64,000 nt of DNA. It comes from a virus. The stretch lies in IMG/VR virus record IMGVR_UViG_3300008448_000014, positions 49,910-113,909 of that record. The stretch is one strand, 5' to 3'. The position numbers and the translations under genes were made by a program. Positions 1-8,611 of this stretch are shown here, piece after piece. Position 1 is the stretch's first letter. Each line of letters starts with the position of its first letter. The notes under the pieces were generated by a model that made no database searches, had not been told where the DNA came from, and saw only the letters and a list, made by a program, of their open reading frames with translations.

Positions 1-189
1 ACCTAAGATTTCATATTGTTTCTTTTCCATTGTTATATCTCCAAGTAAAAACACTACATCTTTTTTAGATATAGTGTTATTCCAGTTCTTTACAATAAGC
101 TCATTCATTTCTTCTGCAGAGCTAAATCCTCTTCTGATAGCCATATTCTCATGATGAAAATGTGGATCACTAAATAAATATGTACTCAT
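1..189 (-). CDS. Calcineurin-like metallophosphoesterase (partial, runs off the left edge)
   Basis: Hand translation MSTYLFSDPHFHHENMAIRRGFSSAEEMNELIVKNWNNTISKKDVVFLLGD shows the DxH and GD metallophosphoesterase motifs; not in the ORF track. Confidence 0.8.
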   Translation of the reverse strand, partial: MSTYLFSDPHFHHENMAIRRGFSSAEEMNELIVKNWNNTISKKDVVFLLGDITMEKKQYEILG

Positions 190-192
190 ATA

Positions 193-570
193 TCAATCAT
201 TATGAAATTCAACCATATATCCTTTGGCTATTAGTATTCTAAGACATGTATCATCATCAAATAACTGTACAGCCACTTTATCTCCATCTTCATCAAGACA
301 TTCTACTATCTGATAACCAGCACCATCTGTAGTTTTACCTTCTTTAGCACCACTAATTTGATGTAATATTAATGTTTTACCACTAGAATAGTAAAACACA
401 ATATCTCTCACTCCTTTGGGATTAAATACAACTGTAACATCAGTTTCTTCCCATGGTTGCACTACATCATTTTTCTTTGATATAATAGAATTGTATTTCT
501 TAACAAATGTTTCTTGTGCAAACATTGATGCACTTAATAGCAATAAGCTACAAATTAATAATTTTTTCAT
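193..570 (-). CDS. Secreted/periplasmic hypothetical protein
   Basis: Start moved to MKKLLICSLLLLSASMFAQ, a Sec signal peptide with a Bacteroidota-type A|Q cleavage site; the longer start overlaps the upstream gene. Confidence 0.7.
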   Translation of the reverse strand: MKKLLICSLLLLSASMFAQETFVKKYNSIISKKNDVVQPWEETDVTVVFNPKGVRDIVFYYSSGKTLILHQISGAKEGKTTDGAGYQIVECLDEDGDKVAVQLFDDDTCLRILIAKGYMVEFHND

Positions 571-574
571 AATT

Positions 575-790
575 TTATTGTTTAAATGTTTCGTTGTAGT
601 ATTGTTCATCTTCTTTATACATAGCACCATTATCTCTAAAATCTTGCCGTCCATTATGTCTTGCTGATTTTATATTTTGCTTTTCCATTTCTTTGGCTTG
701 TTTTAAAATTTCTTTTTTAATGACATTACCTTTCATTTGATAATAATTATCTAATTCTTGAAATAACCATTCTACTACTGTTTGTTTCAT
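575..790 (-). CDS. Small phage hypothetical protein (MKQTxVEWL...AKEMEK...YYNETF type)
   Basis: ORF track; tightly packed with neighbours. Confidence 0.7.
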   Translation of the reverse strand: MKQTVVEWLFQELDNYYQMKGNVIKKEILKQAKEMEKQNIKSARHNGRQDFRDNGAMYKEDEQYYNETFKQ

Positions 791-793
791 ATC

Positions 794-1024
794 TTATTTG
801 TTTTTAAATTGTTTAAACCAATCTTTTGCAGTTATACAAGGTAATCTGTTTTGATTACACCTAATACAAAATTCTGCATACTCTTGCATATCTTCCTCAC
901 TATACATTCTTTCAGCTTGCCATTTAGCACCATCAATAACTAAATCCATTAATGCTTTATAATTATCATTGTCAAATGCTCTTGATACTTTTTCAGCAAA
1001 TTCTTCAAGTGTTTCTTTATTCAT
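794..1024 (-). CDS. Hypothetical protein with ETLEE...GAKWQ module
   Basis: ORF track; module shared with the C-terminus of 1041..2000. Confidence 0.7.
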   Translation of the reverse strand: MNKETLEEFAEKVSRAFDNDNYKALMDLVIDGAKWQAERMYSEEDMQEYAEFCIRCNQNRLPCITAKDWFKQFKNK

Positions 1025-1040
1025 GTTATTTCTTTTTAAA

Positions 1041-2000
1041 TTAAAATTTATTATTCAGCCAAGTATAACATCTAAGTTTATATTGCGTATCATTTTCATG
1101 CTCAAATCTTTTAGGTAAGTTACCTAGTTCATTTTGTTCTTGTTGCCATTTTGCGCCAGCTATCCAATTAGGTTTCCTTACTTTATTTTGATAATCTAAA
1201 GATTCATCTCCAGTATTAATAGGAAATAATCTTTCAGCCACTTCCTCAAGCGTTTCTTGTTTATTAACTTTTATTCTTTTTCCTAAATGAATTATAGAAT
1301 TTCCACAAATTTTACATAGACCTTTCATTACATCAAAATCAGGTTCTTTACAAGTACAATCAGGTAATAAAAAACAATCTTGTTTAGGTTCTTCTTTTGG
1401 AATGATTTGCCCCATTTCTAAACCACCAGCATAATCCTCATTAATAATTTGTTGAGTTGTTCTTGGAATGATGATTTTGTATTCTCCAAATGTTTTAAGT
1501 ATTTTTTCAGCTCCTGTAATACCTCTATTATTAAACTTTACCTCAACACTCTTACAACTTGGATTCTTCACAAACCATTCAAGGAAATCATCTGGTATGG
1601 ATTGTATACCTTGTTTGATTAAATCTTGGTCTGTTGTAAGAATTACCTTTTTATCTCCTTCTTGAAAATATAGAAACGCAACACCATCAATGGTTTTAAA
1701 ACCTAAAACACCTTGACTGATTTCTGCTTTAGTTAATCTACCACTTTTAAGTATAACACTATCTCCTTCTTTAATTTCTTCATTGTTGGTGATGTATATG
1801 TTATGAGTTTTAAATGAAGAAGTAATATCTCTAAAACTACCATTTAAGGTAGTGTATTGAATAACATCATCAATAGTAATTGTTTCATTATATCTCCACC
1901 AAGATATACATTCATTTGAAGTTCCTCTCCAAAGATGTCTTAACAGTAAATCTCCTTTAATTGGATTTTTATCTGTTGGCAATACGTGTATGTTTTTCAT
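1041..2000 (-). CDS. Modular hypothetical protein with an internal CxC...CxxC segment and C-terminal ETLEE...GAKWQ module
   Basis: 319-aa ORF. Confidence 0.75.
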   Translation of the reverse strand: MKNIHVLPTDKNPIKGDLLLRHLWRGTSNECISWWRYNETITIDDVIQYTTLNGSFRDITSSFKTHNIYITNNEEIKEGDSVILKSGRLTKAEISQGVLGFKTIDGVAFLYFQEGDKKVILTTDQDLIKQGIQSIPDDFLEWFVKNPSCKSVEVKFNNRGITGAEKILKTFGEYKIIIPRTTQQIINEDYAGGLEMGQIIPKEEPKQDCFLLPDCTCKEPDFDVMKGLCKICGNSIIHLGKRIKVNKQETLEEVAERLFPINTGDESLDYQNKVRKPNWIAGAKWQQEQNELGNLPKRFEHENDTQYKLRCYTWLNNKF

Positions 2001-2002
2001 AT

Positions 2003-2260
2003 CTATCTACATTGTCCTATCTCAGGAATTAAACTTGCATCTGTTGTGCTAAATGTTTTTTGTTTTTGAATATTAGTACATTCATTAATGGTAGTGTACA
2101 CAGTGTGATAAGTGATAGCTGGATTCTGTGGTGTGCCAAGTACATTGTAAGTTGTCTTAGCTACAACCTTATCACAATCACAATTCAATGCAGGAGTTTG
2201 CTCTTCTTCATTATTGCAAGACATTGCAACTAATGATAATAATAATAATACTTTTTTCAT
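2003..2260 (-). CDS. Lipoprotein
   Basis: MKKVLLLLSLVAMS-C lipoprotein signal followed by acidic NNEEEQ; four further Cys. Confidence 0.75.
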   Translation of the reverse strand: MKKVLLLLSLVAMSCNNEEEQTPALNCDCDKVVAKTTYNVLGTPQNPAITYHTVYTTINECTNIQKQKTFSTTDASLIPEIGQCR

Positions 2261-2436
2261 GGTTTTTTAAATTTAATTTCTAATGATTCCATTATTTCAT
2301 TAAAATCTTTTTGTTTTAATGTTTTAGGTTTGTTAATATATAATACATGTGTAGAATTTCCTTCTTCACTAATAAAAGATACAATACCTGTTTCTTTTTT
2401 TAATAGCACTCTTTTAGTTTCTTGTAATAAACTCAT
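2257..2436 (-). CDS. Small hypothetical protein (59 aa)
   Basis: Hand translation MSLLQETKRVLLKK...; ATGA overlaps with both neighbours. Confidence 0.5.
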   Translation of the reverse strand: MSLLQETKRVLLKKETGIVSFISEEGNSTHVLYINKPKTLKQKDFNEIMESLEIKFKKP

Positions 2437-2531
2437 AATTTATTTTTAAATGTATTTAATAATATTTTGTTAATAATTGGTACTATTAAAAAACATATTA
2501 TAATAGCTAAACTTAATCCTTGATTTTCCAT
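2433..2531 (-). CDS. Small membrane peptide (32 aa)
   Basis: MENQGLSLAIIICFLIVPIINKILL...; ATGA overlap with the next gene. Confidence 0.4.
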   Translation of the reverse strand: MENQGLSLAIIICFLIVPIINKILLNTFKNKL

Positions 2532-2551
2532 AATTTAAACTTTTTAAAAAG

Positions 2552-2573
2552 AAAAAGCCCTATTTCTAGGGCT
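2552..2573 (-). terminator. Rho-independent terminator
   Basis: AGCCCTA-GAAA-TAGGGCT followed by a U-run on the minus strand, just after the stop at 2584. Confidence 0.75.
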
Positions 2574-2583
2574 AATTCAAGAA

Positions 2584-2730
2584 TTAATAACCTAATTGTT
2601 CTAAAGATAACTTATCAGCTGTCACCTCGTATACTCCTTTTGTTATTTTACAATCAAACCAAATTTTAAATTCATTTGCTTTTTGTTTAAACTGATAAAA
2701 AGCTGTGGGTTGCATTTTAATTTTTTTCAT
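2584..2730 (-). CDS. Small hypothetical protein (48 aa)
   Basis: Start moved to MKKIKMQP because the ORF-track start lies inside a terminator hairpin. Confidence 0.55.
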   Translation of the reverse strand: MKKIKMQPTAFYQFKQKANEFKIWFDCKITKGVYEVTADKLSLEQLGY

Positions 2731-2761
2731 GTGTTCTATGTTTAATTTGTGATTAAGTGTT

Positions 2762-2796
2762 AAAAAATCCCTACACACTTGAGACATGTGTAGGGA
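2762..2796 (-). terminator. Rho-independent terminator (likely 3' end of the putative ncRNA)
   Basis: 10-bp stem TCCCTACACA/TGTGTAGGGA followed by 6 U on the minus strand. Confidence 0.8.
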
Positions 2797-3395
2797 AATG
2801 GTAAAATTTTACATTCAAAGAATGCAAGCCTCATATGTATGAGCACTTATCAGTTAGTTGTGTATAAGTTAATCAAACCAATGATTACTATTTTAGCACC
2901 TTCTTTCTTATATAAACTGCCTATTATGGTACCTAAATATAAGAGTAAGGTCACGTAGTTTATTGTAATAAGAAGTAAATGTTTCATTACATCCCAATAG
3001 AACTACTTGCTGAGAACTCATTACGTGAGTGTGGAGCCATTCATTATCCACCATAACTAGCACTTTCCTTTCTCAAGGGAACTCACGTTCTAGGATTACT
3101 CCTTGCTACTCTATAGGGTTCTTATGGTTTCCTATTTCACATCTCTCTGGCAATTCAGGATTAGTATCTTTATGTAAATAACAACTTCATAGATGCTACG
3201 TTAACTGTAGAGAAGTTTAATCATCATTTTTATTTACAAACCATCAATGTTTAGGGCTAACTTCTATCAGATTATCAGTTCTGACGCTTTACACAGCTTA
3301 GCTATTGTTTGAGAGTTTTTCATTACAACTCACAAGTGTTGACTTTTCTTCAGTCACCAATAGCACCCATTTAACCTTGGGTACACCAGGATTTA
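2762..3395 (-). ncRNA. Putative large structured noncoding RNA (~630 nt), family unassigned
   Basis: ORF-free and less AT-rich than the flanks; more than 10 nested helices; GNRA tetraloops and G-U pairs work on the minus strand; ends in a terminator. Confidence 0.6.
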
Positions 3396-3749
3396 TTATT
3401 CTTCTAACAAAGCAGCTTGTTTTCTTAAGAAATCTAGCTTAGCATTGTGTAATTCAAGAGCTTCTTCAGCATCAACTAATTTGTTTTGAGCTAATAATAA
3501 ATTAGAAATATAATAATTTCTATCAGTGATTAAATTACCATTGTTTAATCTAGCAAGTCTTAATGACTCTTTTGCTTCTTCTACAGCATCTTCTAAAGAT
3601 ATAGTATCTCCTGTTAATGATGCAATTTGTGTTTTGAAAGCTGAATCAGCTTGTCTTAAGATTTTTTGTGCTGTTGCTTCTGCATCATCTCCTTTAAGTA
3701 AACAAACAATTTCTGTTACAAATGATTTTACAATTTTTTTAGTTGTCAT
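3396..3749 (-). CDS. Coiled-coil hypothetical protein
   Basis: 117-aa helical, heptad-rich ORF directly upstream of the putative ncRNA. Confidence 0.75.
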   Translation of the reverse strand: MTTKKIVKSFVTEIVCLLKGDDAEATAQKILRQADSAFKTQIASLTGDTISLEDAVEEAKESLRLARLNNGNLITDRNYYISNLLLAQNKLVDAEEALELHNAKLDFLRKQAALLEE

Positions 3750-3754
3750 GATTT

Positions 3755-5044
3755 TTAAAATTTAAATTTGTTATTAATTGTTTTTGTGCTTAATTTAACA
3801 CTAACAGAATGCACATTTTCTATTAGTGGTTTTGTTTTTACTGTTTCATATGAATCATGTACATATACAGAGGATTCTTTTTTAATAATATCATATACAT
3901 CTATAGGATGTACATTATCATAAAATTGTTGAAGAGTTATTTCTGTATACCCAACTGGAACACTATTATTCCAATGTGTATATGTTCCATCATGTGCATC
4001 AGAAAGTAACCAACCTGTAAAAGCAATACTTTGTTCAAAAAAGTTAGGTTGTCTTTTTCTCCATTTATTTAATACTTCTTGATTACTTGATGTAATTTTT
4101 AAACACCATTTCTTTGGTAATATAGATAAAGTGGCTACAAACTGAGCATCATATGCTTCTTTAGAAGAAGGTTTGAAACAATCTTTTTCTTTTCTTACTT
4201 GTTGACCACCTTTACCATCTCTTTTATCAAATTGTAGCCTAAAATAACCATTATTAACATCAAAAGAATCAATTTTATATATTCTTCCTTTTTTAGTAAT
4301 ATTCCAACCATAAGGTACTTCAATACATTCTACATATTCAGGAATACTAATAGATGTATCTACAGAAACTTTATCAGAAACTAGTTCCCACTTTGATAAA
4401 TCTAGTGGATTTTGTATAATCATACCATTATTACCTTTAGGAGTTGTATTTAAAACATAAGTTTTTAATCTTTCTAATAAAATTTTAACTGTTTCACCTT
4501 TTTTCAGACCTGTATTATCAGGATTATCAAATAAAGCTTTAATAGTTCTTCCATTGTAACTTTCAGATGTTGTTTTACCAAGAAAATCTTTAGATAAAAC
4601 TACACTTGTATAATAAAAACTGTGATGATTTTTTCTAGCTACTGTCCATTCTTTTCTTGTTCTATTAAACCCAACAAAATACCATTCAGTATTGGCAGTT
4701 TTAGTAGCATACTTATAATAATTAGGATTAATATTTTCTTCTTTTGATTCTAAATAATCAAATACTTTTTTAGAATCAGTCTCAGAGCTACACTCTATTA
4801 ATAAATTTCTATCTATATTTTCCATACTAACTGTTTTTGTTACAAATTTAGATAATTCTTCCCACTTATATTCAGTTTTTGAAGAACTTTGACAAAACCA
4901 ATAAAATTTACTGTTCCAACCAACAAAAATAGCATATGTACTTATAATTTCATTAGATGTTCTATTTTCTTTTAAATATGTTATTAAATCATTTTGGTTT
5001 TTTCCATCAAATTTAAAACAACCTTGAATTGGAAACTCTTTCAT
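3755..5044 (-). CDS. Multi-module hypothetical protein
   Basis: 429-aa ORF made of several ~60-80 aa Trp/Tyr-rich modules. Confidence 0.75.
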   Translation of the reverse strand: MKEFPIQGCFKFDGKNQNDLITYLKENRTSNEIISTYAIFVGWNSKFYWFCQSSSKTEYKWEELSKFVTKTVSMENIDRNLLIECSSETDSKKVFDYLESKEENINPNYYKYATKTANTEWYFVGFNRTRKEWTVARKNHHSFYYTSVVLSKDFLGKTTSESYNGRTIKALFDNPDNTGLKKGETVKILLERLKTYVLNTTPKGNNGMIIQNPLDLSKWELVSDKVSVDTSISIPEYVECIEVPYGWNITKKGRIYKIDSFDVNNGYFRLQFDKRDGKGGQQVRKEKDCFKPSSKEAYDAQFVATLSILPKKWCLKITSSNQEVLNKWRKRQPNFFEQSIAFTGWLLSDAHDGTYTHWNNSVPVGYTEITLQQFYDNVHPIDVYDIIKKESSVYVHDSYETVKTKPLIENVHSVSVKLSTKTINNKFKF

Positions 5045-5205
5045 AACTCTTGTTTTACATATCTAGAAATTCTTTTATATGTCAAAGAGTTATAACTCTG
5101 TAACACAACCAATGCTTTACAACAAGCATATTGTAATGGATTAGTAGAAGCAACTACTTGTCCTACTACCACTTTTGCTGGAATTCTTGGTCTACCTTTC
5201 TTCAT
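5041..5205 (-). CDS. Small basic protein
   Basis: Likely start MKKGRPRIP (AT-hook-like GRPR); ATGA overlap with 3755..5044. Confidence 0.5.
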   Translation of the reverse strand: MKKGRPRIPAKVVVGQVVASTNPLQYACCKALVVLQSYNSLTYKRISRYVKQEL

Positions 5206-5362
5206 CTTTTTTCTTGTTAAGAGAAAATCCAAATATCACAGGAGCAACAATAGGTGCTAATATAAAACAAATAATATCATTCCATGACCAATCTTCTAAA
5301 TGGTCATACTCATTTAATAATATTCCAAATACTATTAAATAACAAACTATACAATATAACAT
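5192..5362 (-). CDS. Small membrane protein (56 aa, two hydrophobic segments)
   Basis: Hand translation MLYCIVCYLIVFGILL...IICFILAPIVAPVIFGFSL; A-rich leader. Confidence 0.5.
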   Translation of the reverse strand: MLYCIVCYLIVFGILLNEYDHLEDWSWNDIICFILAPIVAPVIFGFSLNKKKDEER

Positions 5363-5380
5363 AATTTTTAAATTTTTAAA

Positions 5381-5587
5381 TTAAACATCTTCTGCTTCAT
5401 CAGCAAACATCATATCCCAATCTTCATCAGTGTTACCACTGATTATAAATTCTCTTTCACTAGCATTAAGCTTAGTAAATACATCTTGAGCTAATTCACC
5501 TTGTTCCCAACGTGAAATCTGCTCTGGTGTAACATTTAAATCTTTACTTCTTGTTACACCAAATACAGAGGTTCTAGTTATTATCAT
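5381..5587 (-). CDS. Small phage hypothetical protein (Q.VF..L.A.EREF..SG...DW type)
   Basis: ORF track; motif recognised from small phage proteins. Confidence 0.7.
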   Translation of the reverse strand: MIITRTSVFGVTRSKDLNVTPEQISRWEQGELAQDVFTKLNASEREFIISGNTDEDWDMMFADEAEDV

Positions 5588-5814
5588 ACTCCTATTAATT
5601 TATTTAAATGTCCTTCTTCAATTAATTTTGATAACACTTTTTCATCTTGATTGTTTAAATCATTAAGTTGACTAACAAGTCTTATTCTATCATGAGTGAT
5701 ATTATCACCATATATAGTTTTAACTTTATTACCTAATTCTATTAATTCTGACCAATTACGTTCATCTATTGGATTGAAATTATTATCAACCCATCTTCCA
5801 TTAACAATTCTCAT
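5584..5814 (-). CDS. Hypothetical protein
   Basis: ORF track; ATGA coupling. Confidence 0.65.
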   Translation of the reverse strand: MRIVNGRWVDNNFNPIDERNWSELIELGNKVKTIYGDNITHDRIRLVSQLNDLNNQDEKVLSKLIEEGHLNKLIGV

Positions 5815-5962
5815 ATTTTTCTATTTTTTGTTTGTACAATAATATAATTTGTTCTTGTAATAATATTCTTTCTTGGTAACTACTAATAAGTCTATTATTA
5901 ACATCATTCAAATCTTTTAATATTTGATTTTGTTCTTCTAATGCTTTTGTATATTCTTCCAT
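5801..5962 (-). CDS. Small coiled-coil protein (53 aa)
   Basis: Hand translation MEEYTKALEEQNQILKDLND... Confidence 0.45.
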   Translation of the reverse strand: MEEYTKALEEQNQILKDLNDVNNRLISSYQERILLQEQIILLYKQKIEKYENC

Positions 5963-6191
5963 AATGTTATTTTAGCTTACAGATTGTAACCATTTTTGTT
6001 TATATAGTTATAATCTGTAAGCAGTTTTTGTTAATACTTGCAAATTAAAAAATTTTAAACTAGCTTTGAGCAAGCTTTGAGCTATAAAAGTATTGGAACA
6101 ATATAACACATATCTAATAATAGACATATACACAGAGCAATACTTAATTCTTTTCTTGTTCCTTTAAAGTTAGGAATTACAAATAATGTTA

Positions 6192-6419
6192 TCATAAGTC
6201 TATTAGTTTTGCTTCATCTCTTGATAACCATTTAATAGAATACCCATATTCTTTAAGATGATCAAAAGGTAAACCATCTCTTTCACTTTCTGTTTCCATA
6301 CCATATAGGAGAGAATCAATAAATTGTTCTTCATCATCATAATTAAGTGAATAATTAGGATATACTTCTGATATATTATCAGCAATAGATATTTCTACTA
6401 AAACTGTTAGTTTTTTCAT
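6192..6419 (-). CDS. Acidic hypothetical protein
   Basis: ORF track. Confidence 0.65.
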   Translation of the reverse strand: MKKLTVLVEISIADNISEVYPNYSLNYDDEEQFIDSLLYGMETESERDGLPFDHLKEYGYSIKWLSRDEAKLIDL

Positions 6420-6433
6420 ATAATGCTATATTA

Positions 6434-6637
6434 TTATGGGATTAAATCTTCCCAATTAATACTCTTTATTTTATGTTGCTCATTAGCTAAATAATCATCT
6501 TCATCTTTTAATTGTATAATAGCTGAATATAATTCATCAACATTAGCTTTTGACATTGGTTTATTAAACATAATACCAACCATATCCTCCATTCTTTGTA
6601 ATGTAATTGTTTCTTTTACTTTTGCCATGTGTTTCAA
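6434..6637 (-). CDS. Hypothetical protein
   Basis: ORF track. Confidence 0.6.
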   Translation of the reverse strand: MKHMAKVKETITLQRMEDMVGIMFNKPMSKANVDELYSAIIQLKDEDDYLANEQHKIKSINWEDLIP

Positions 6638-6657
6638 GTTTTAATTTATTACTATTT

Positions 6658-6894
6658 TTATTCATCTACAGAATTTAAATACACTGTATCTCCATTTGTA
6701 GTTAATTGTAATTTCCTAATACCATCTGCAGGTATATCTTTATCAAGTCCTTCCCATTCAAATTTAATATTTGATTTAAGGTTTTCATTAGTGTTGCTCA
6801 AGATATATTCATTAGTAATATAACCACCAACAGCCATACCAAAAAATAATCCACTAATCCATACCCAAATTAAGGAATAATCTATTTTTTTCAT
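6658..6894 (-). CDS. Membrane-anchored hypothetical protein
   Basis: N-terminal hydrophobic helix LIWVWISGLFFGMAVGGYI. Confidence 0.65.
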   Translation of the reverse strand: MKKIDYSLIWVWISGLFFGMAVGGYITNEYILSNTNENLKSNIKFEWEGLDKDIPADGIRKLQLTTNGDTVYLNSVDE

Positions 6895-6928
6895 ATAATT
6901 TTATTTGTTTGTTATTTAAAATTTTTTA

Positions 6929-7120
6929 TTAATAACAATAAAAATCACCAACTTTATAAATTAATGAATTAATATATATAATTGTATTATTTTCTAATGT
7001 TAAATAATGACCTGATTCTTTAGATTCAACTTTTGTAATTTTTAAACAATCTTGTGTGTCTTCTATTGTACAACTTGATAAAGTAAATGACAATATAAAT
7101 AATATTATTATTTTTTTCAT
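6929..7120 (-). CDS. Lipoprotein
   Basis: MKKIIILFILSFTLSS-C lipoprotein signal, then acidic TIEDTQD. Confidence 0.7.
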   Translation of the reverse strand: MKKIIILFILSFTLSSCTIEDTQDCLKITKVESKESGHYLTLENNTIIYINSLIYKVGDFYCY

Positions 7121-7173
7121 TGTTATTTTATTTAATATAATCAGTCAATCCAGCACTACCTGTAATTGACTGA

Positions 7174-7467
7174 CTAAAGTTTTGTTATTAAATTTAATGC
7201 TTTTTCATGTCCTTCAAGAGCATCTTTGTGTGATGTATATCTCTCTTGATATTGATCGTGTTCTCCTCCAAATATCATAGTTTCCCATAACACTGGTATT
7301 TCACTATTCCAACTATGGTTAAGACCTAGGAATACAGTAGATACAAAAACTGTATCAATATGATCTTTAGCTACAGTTTTTATTATACCACCATCTGACC
7401 ATTTTAAATAGTCATGAACATCAATTGCCTTAACAGGTTTATTGTTTTCATCTAATTTGTACCACAT
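7174..7467 (-). CDS. Phage hypothetical protein (VSTVFLG..H...ETMIFGG type)
   Basis: ORF track; recognisable small-phage-protein motif. Confidence 0.75.
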   Translation of the reverse strand: MWYKLDENNKPVKAIDVHDYLKWSDGGIIKTVAKDHIDTVFVSTVFLGLNHSWNSEIPVLWETMIFGGEHDQYQERYTSHKDALEGHEKALNLITKL

Positions 7468-7499
7468 AATTTTGTTATTTAGTCAGTTAATAATTTGTT

Positions 7500-7808
7500 T
7501 TAAAAATCATCTGCTACACCATTGTAAGCAAATGTACCATCCATAGAACATTCATCATACCAATCATTATAAGACATAACTGGTTTTCTAATGATTTTAT
7601 TCTTGTTATATATTCTTTTAAAAGAAGCAAAATCTTGTTGAGCTAACTCTGATATAATTAAATACCAATCAGCATCAACTCTCTTTGGTCTTTTAATACT
7701 ATGCACCTCAAGTGCATACAATGACAATAGTCTTCTCATATCATGAATAGAACATCCATGATTAATGAGAAAACTAAATACACCACTATCTATTTTAATC
7801 TTTTTCAT
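7500..7808 (-). CDS. Hypothetical protein
   Basis: ORF track. Confidence 0.6.
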   Translation of the reverse strand: MKKIKIDSGVFSFLINHGCSIHDMRRLLSLYALEVHSIKRPKRVDADWYLIISELAQQDFASFKRIYNKNKIIRKPVMSYNDWYDECSMDGTFAYNGVADDF

Positions 7809-7810
7809 AA

Positions 7811-8086
7811 CTATACCTCAGTTATATTAATTAAAGAACAAAACCATACTTCTTTATTACTATTATTCTGTATAAGAATATTATTAGAGTATTTATTAGC
7901 TCTCTCTATCAACTCTCCATCTAAATACATAGGAAGAGGAATATTAAACAATAATACAGTCCATTCATCTCTATTCCATCCTATAACAGGTATAAGAGGA
8001 GAAGAATGACTAATAGATCCATTACTAAGTTGTGTAGTCATATAAGACCCATCTATAATCCTAACTTGTGTTCCTTTTGTTATCAT
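7811..8086 (-). CDS. Hypothetical protein (SH3/KOW-like KGTQVRI start)
   Basis: ORF track. Confidence 0.55.
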   Translation of the reverse strand: MITKGTQVRIIDGSYMTTQLSNGSISHSSPLIPVIGWNRDEWTVLLFNIPLPMYLDGELIERANKYSNNILIQNNSNKEVWFCSLINITEV

Positions 8087-8573
8087 AATGCTATATATAT
8101 CTGATTAAAATTTGATTTTTGTTGTTTATTTTTGACCTGTTTGATTGCAGAATGGTCTACACTGCTCTTATTTTACCCACACAAACACATAATATTTTAG
8201 TCTATGTATATCTATTTTACATCATTCTATATGTATTCTCTTACAAAAACATACAATTTAGTATAATAAGTGAACTTTTACCCCTATGTAAATACAAACT
8301 TTTTTCACATTATTCTCTCAATATGTATATATATGCTAATTTGGTATACATACTCCTTATTATGTATATATATATATATTAAGGTATTTATTTATTTGTT
8401 TTAATAAACATATATAATAGTAATAACATTCCTAATATCATAAAGACTACATCATTCATTAGTAATAATGATATACATATAAATAGTATAAATAATAATT
8501 GTTTCATTTGCTTTCTTTGTTTTTTAAATTACCCACCCTGAACAAGTTCTTTTCCCACCACTATATATAATAA

Positions 8574-8595
8574 CAGGCTCAAATTAATGAGCCTG
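8574..8595 (-). terminator. Hairpin, possible terminator after the first early gene
   Basis: 8-bp stem CAGGCTCA/TGAGCCTG just downstream of the stop at 8612; weak U-tract. Confidence 0.5.
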
Positions 8596-8611
8596 CTATT
8601 GTATTACAATA

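Noticed and set aside
2762-3395. Assigning the structured region to RNase P RNA, tmRNA or a named Rfam family
   Set aside because: GGAAAGUG only loosely resembles RNase P P4, no matching 3' strand or tRNA-like ends were found, and a family call needs a covariance-model search
6062-6083. Tandem AGCTTTGAGC x2
   Set aside because: Only two short copies with no supporting context
8119-8382. 87-aa plus-strand ORF
   Set aside because: Low-complexity Tyr/Ile product of AT-rich DNA, TTG start, against the local gene direction
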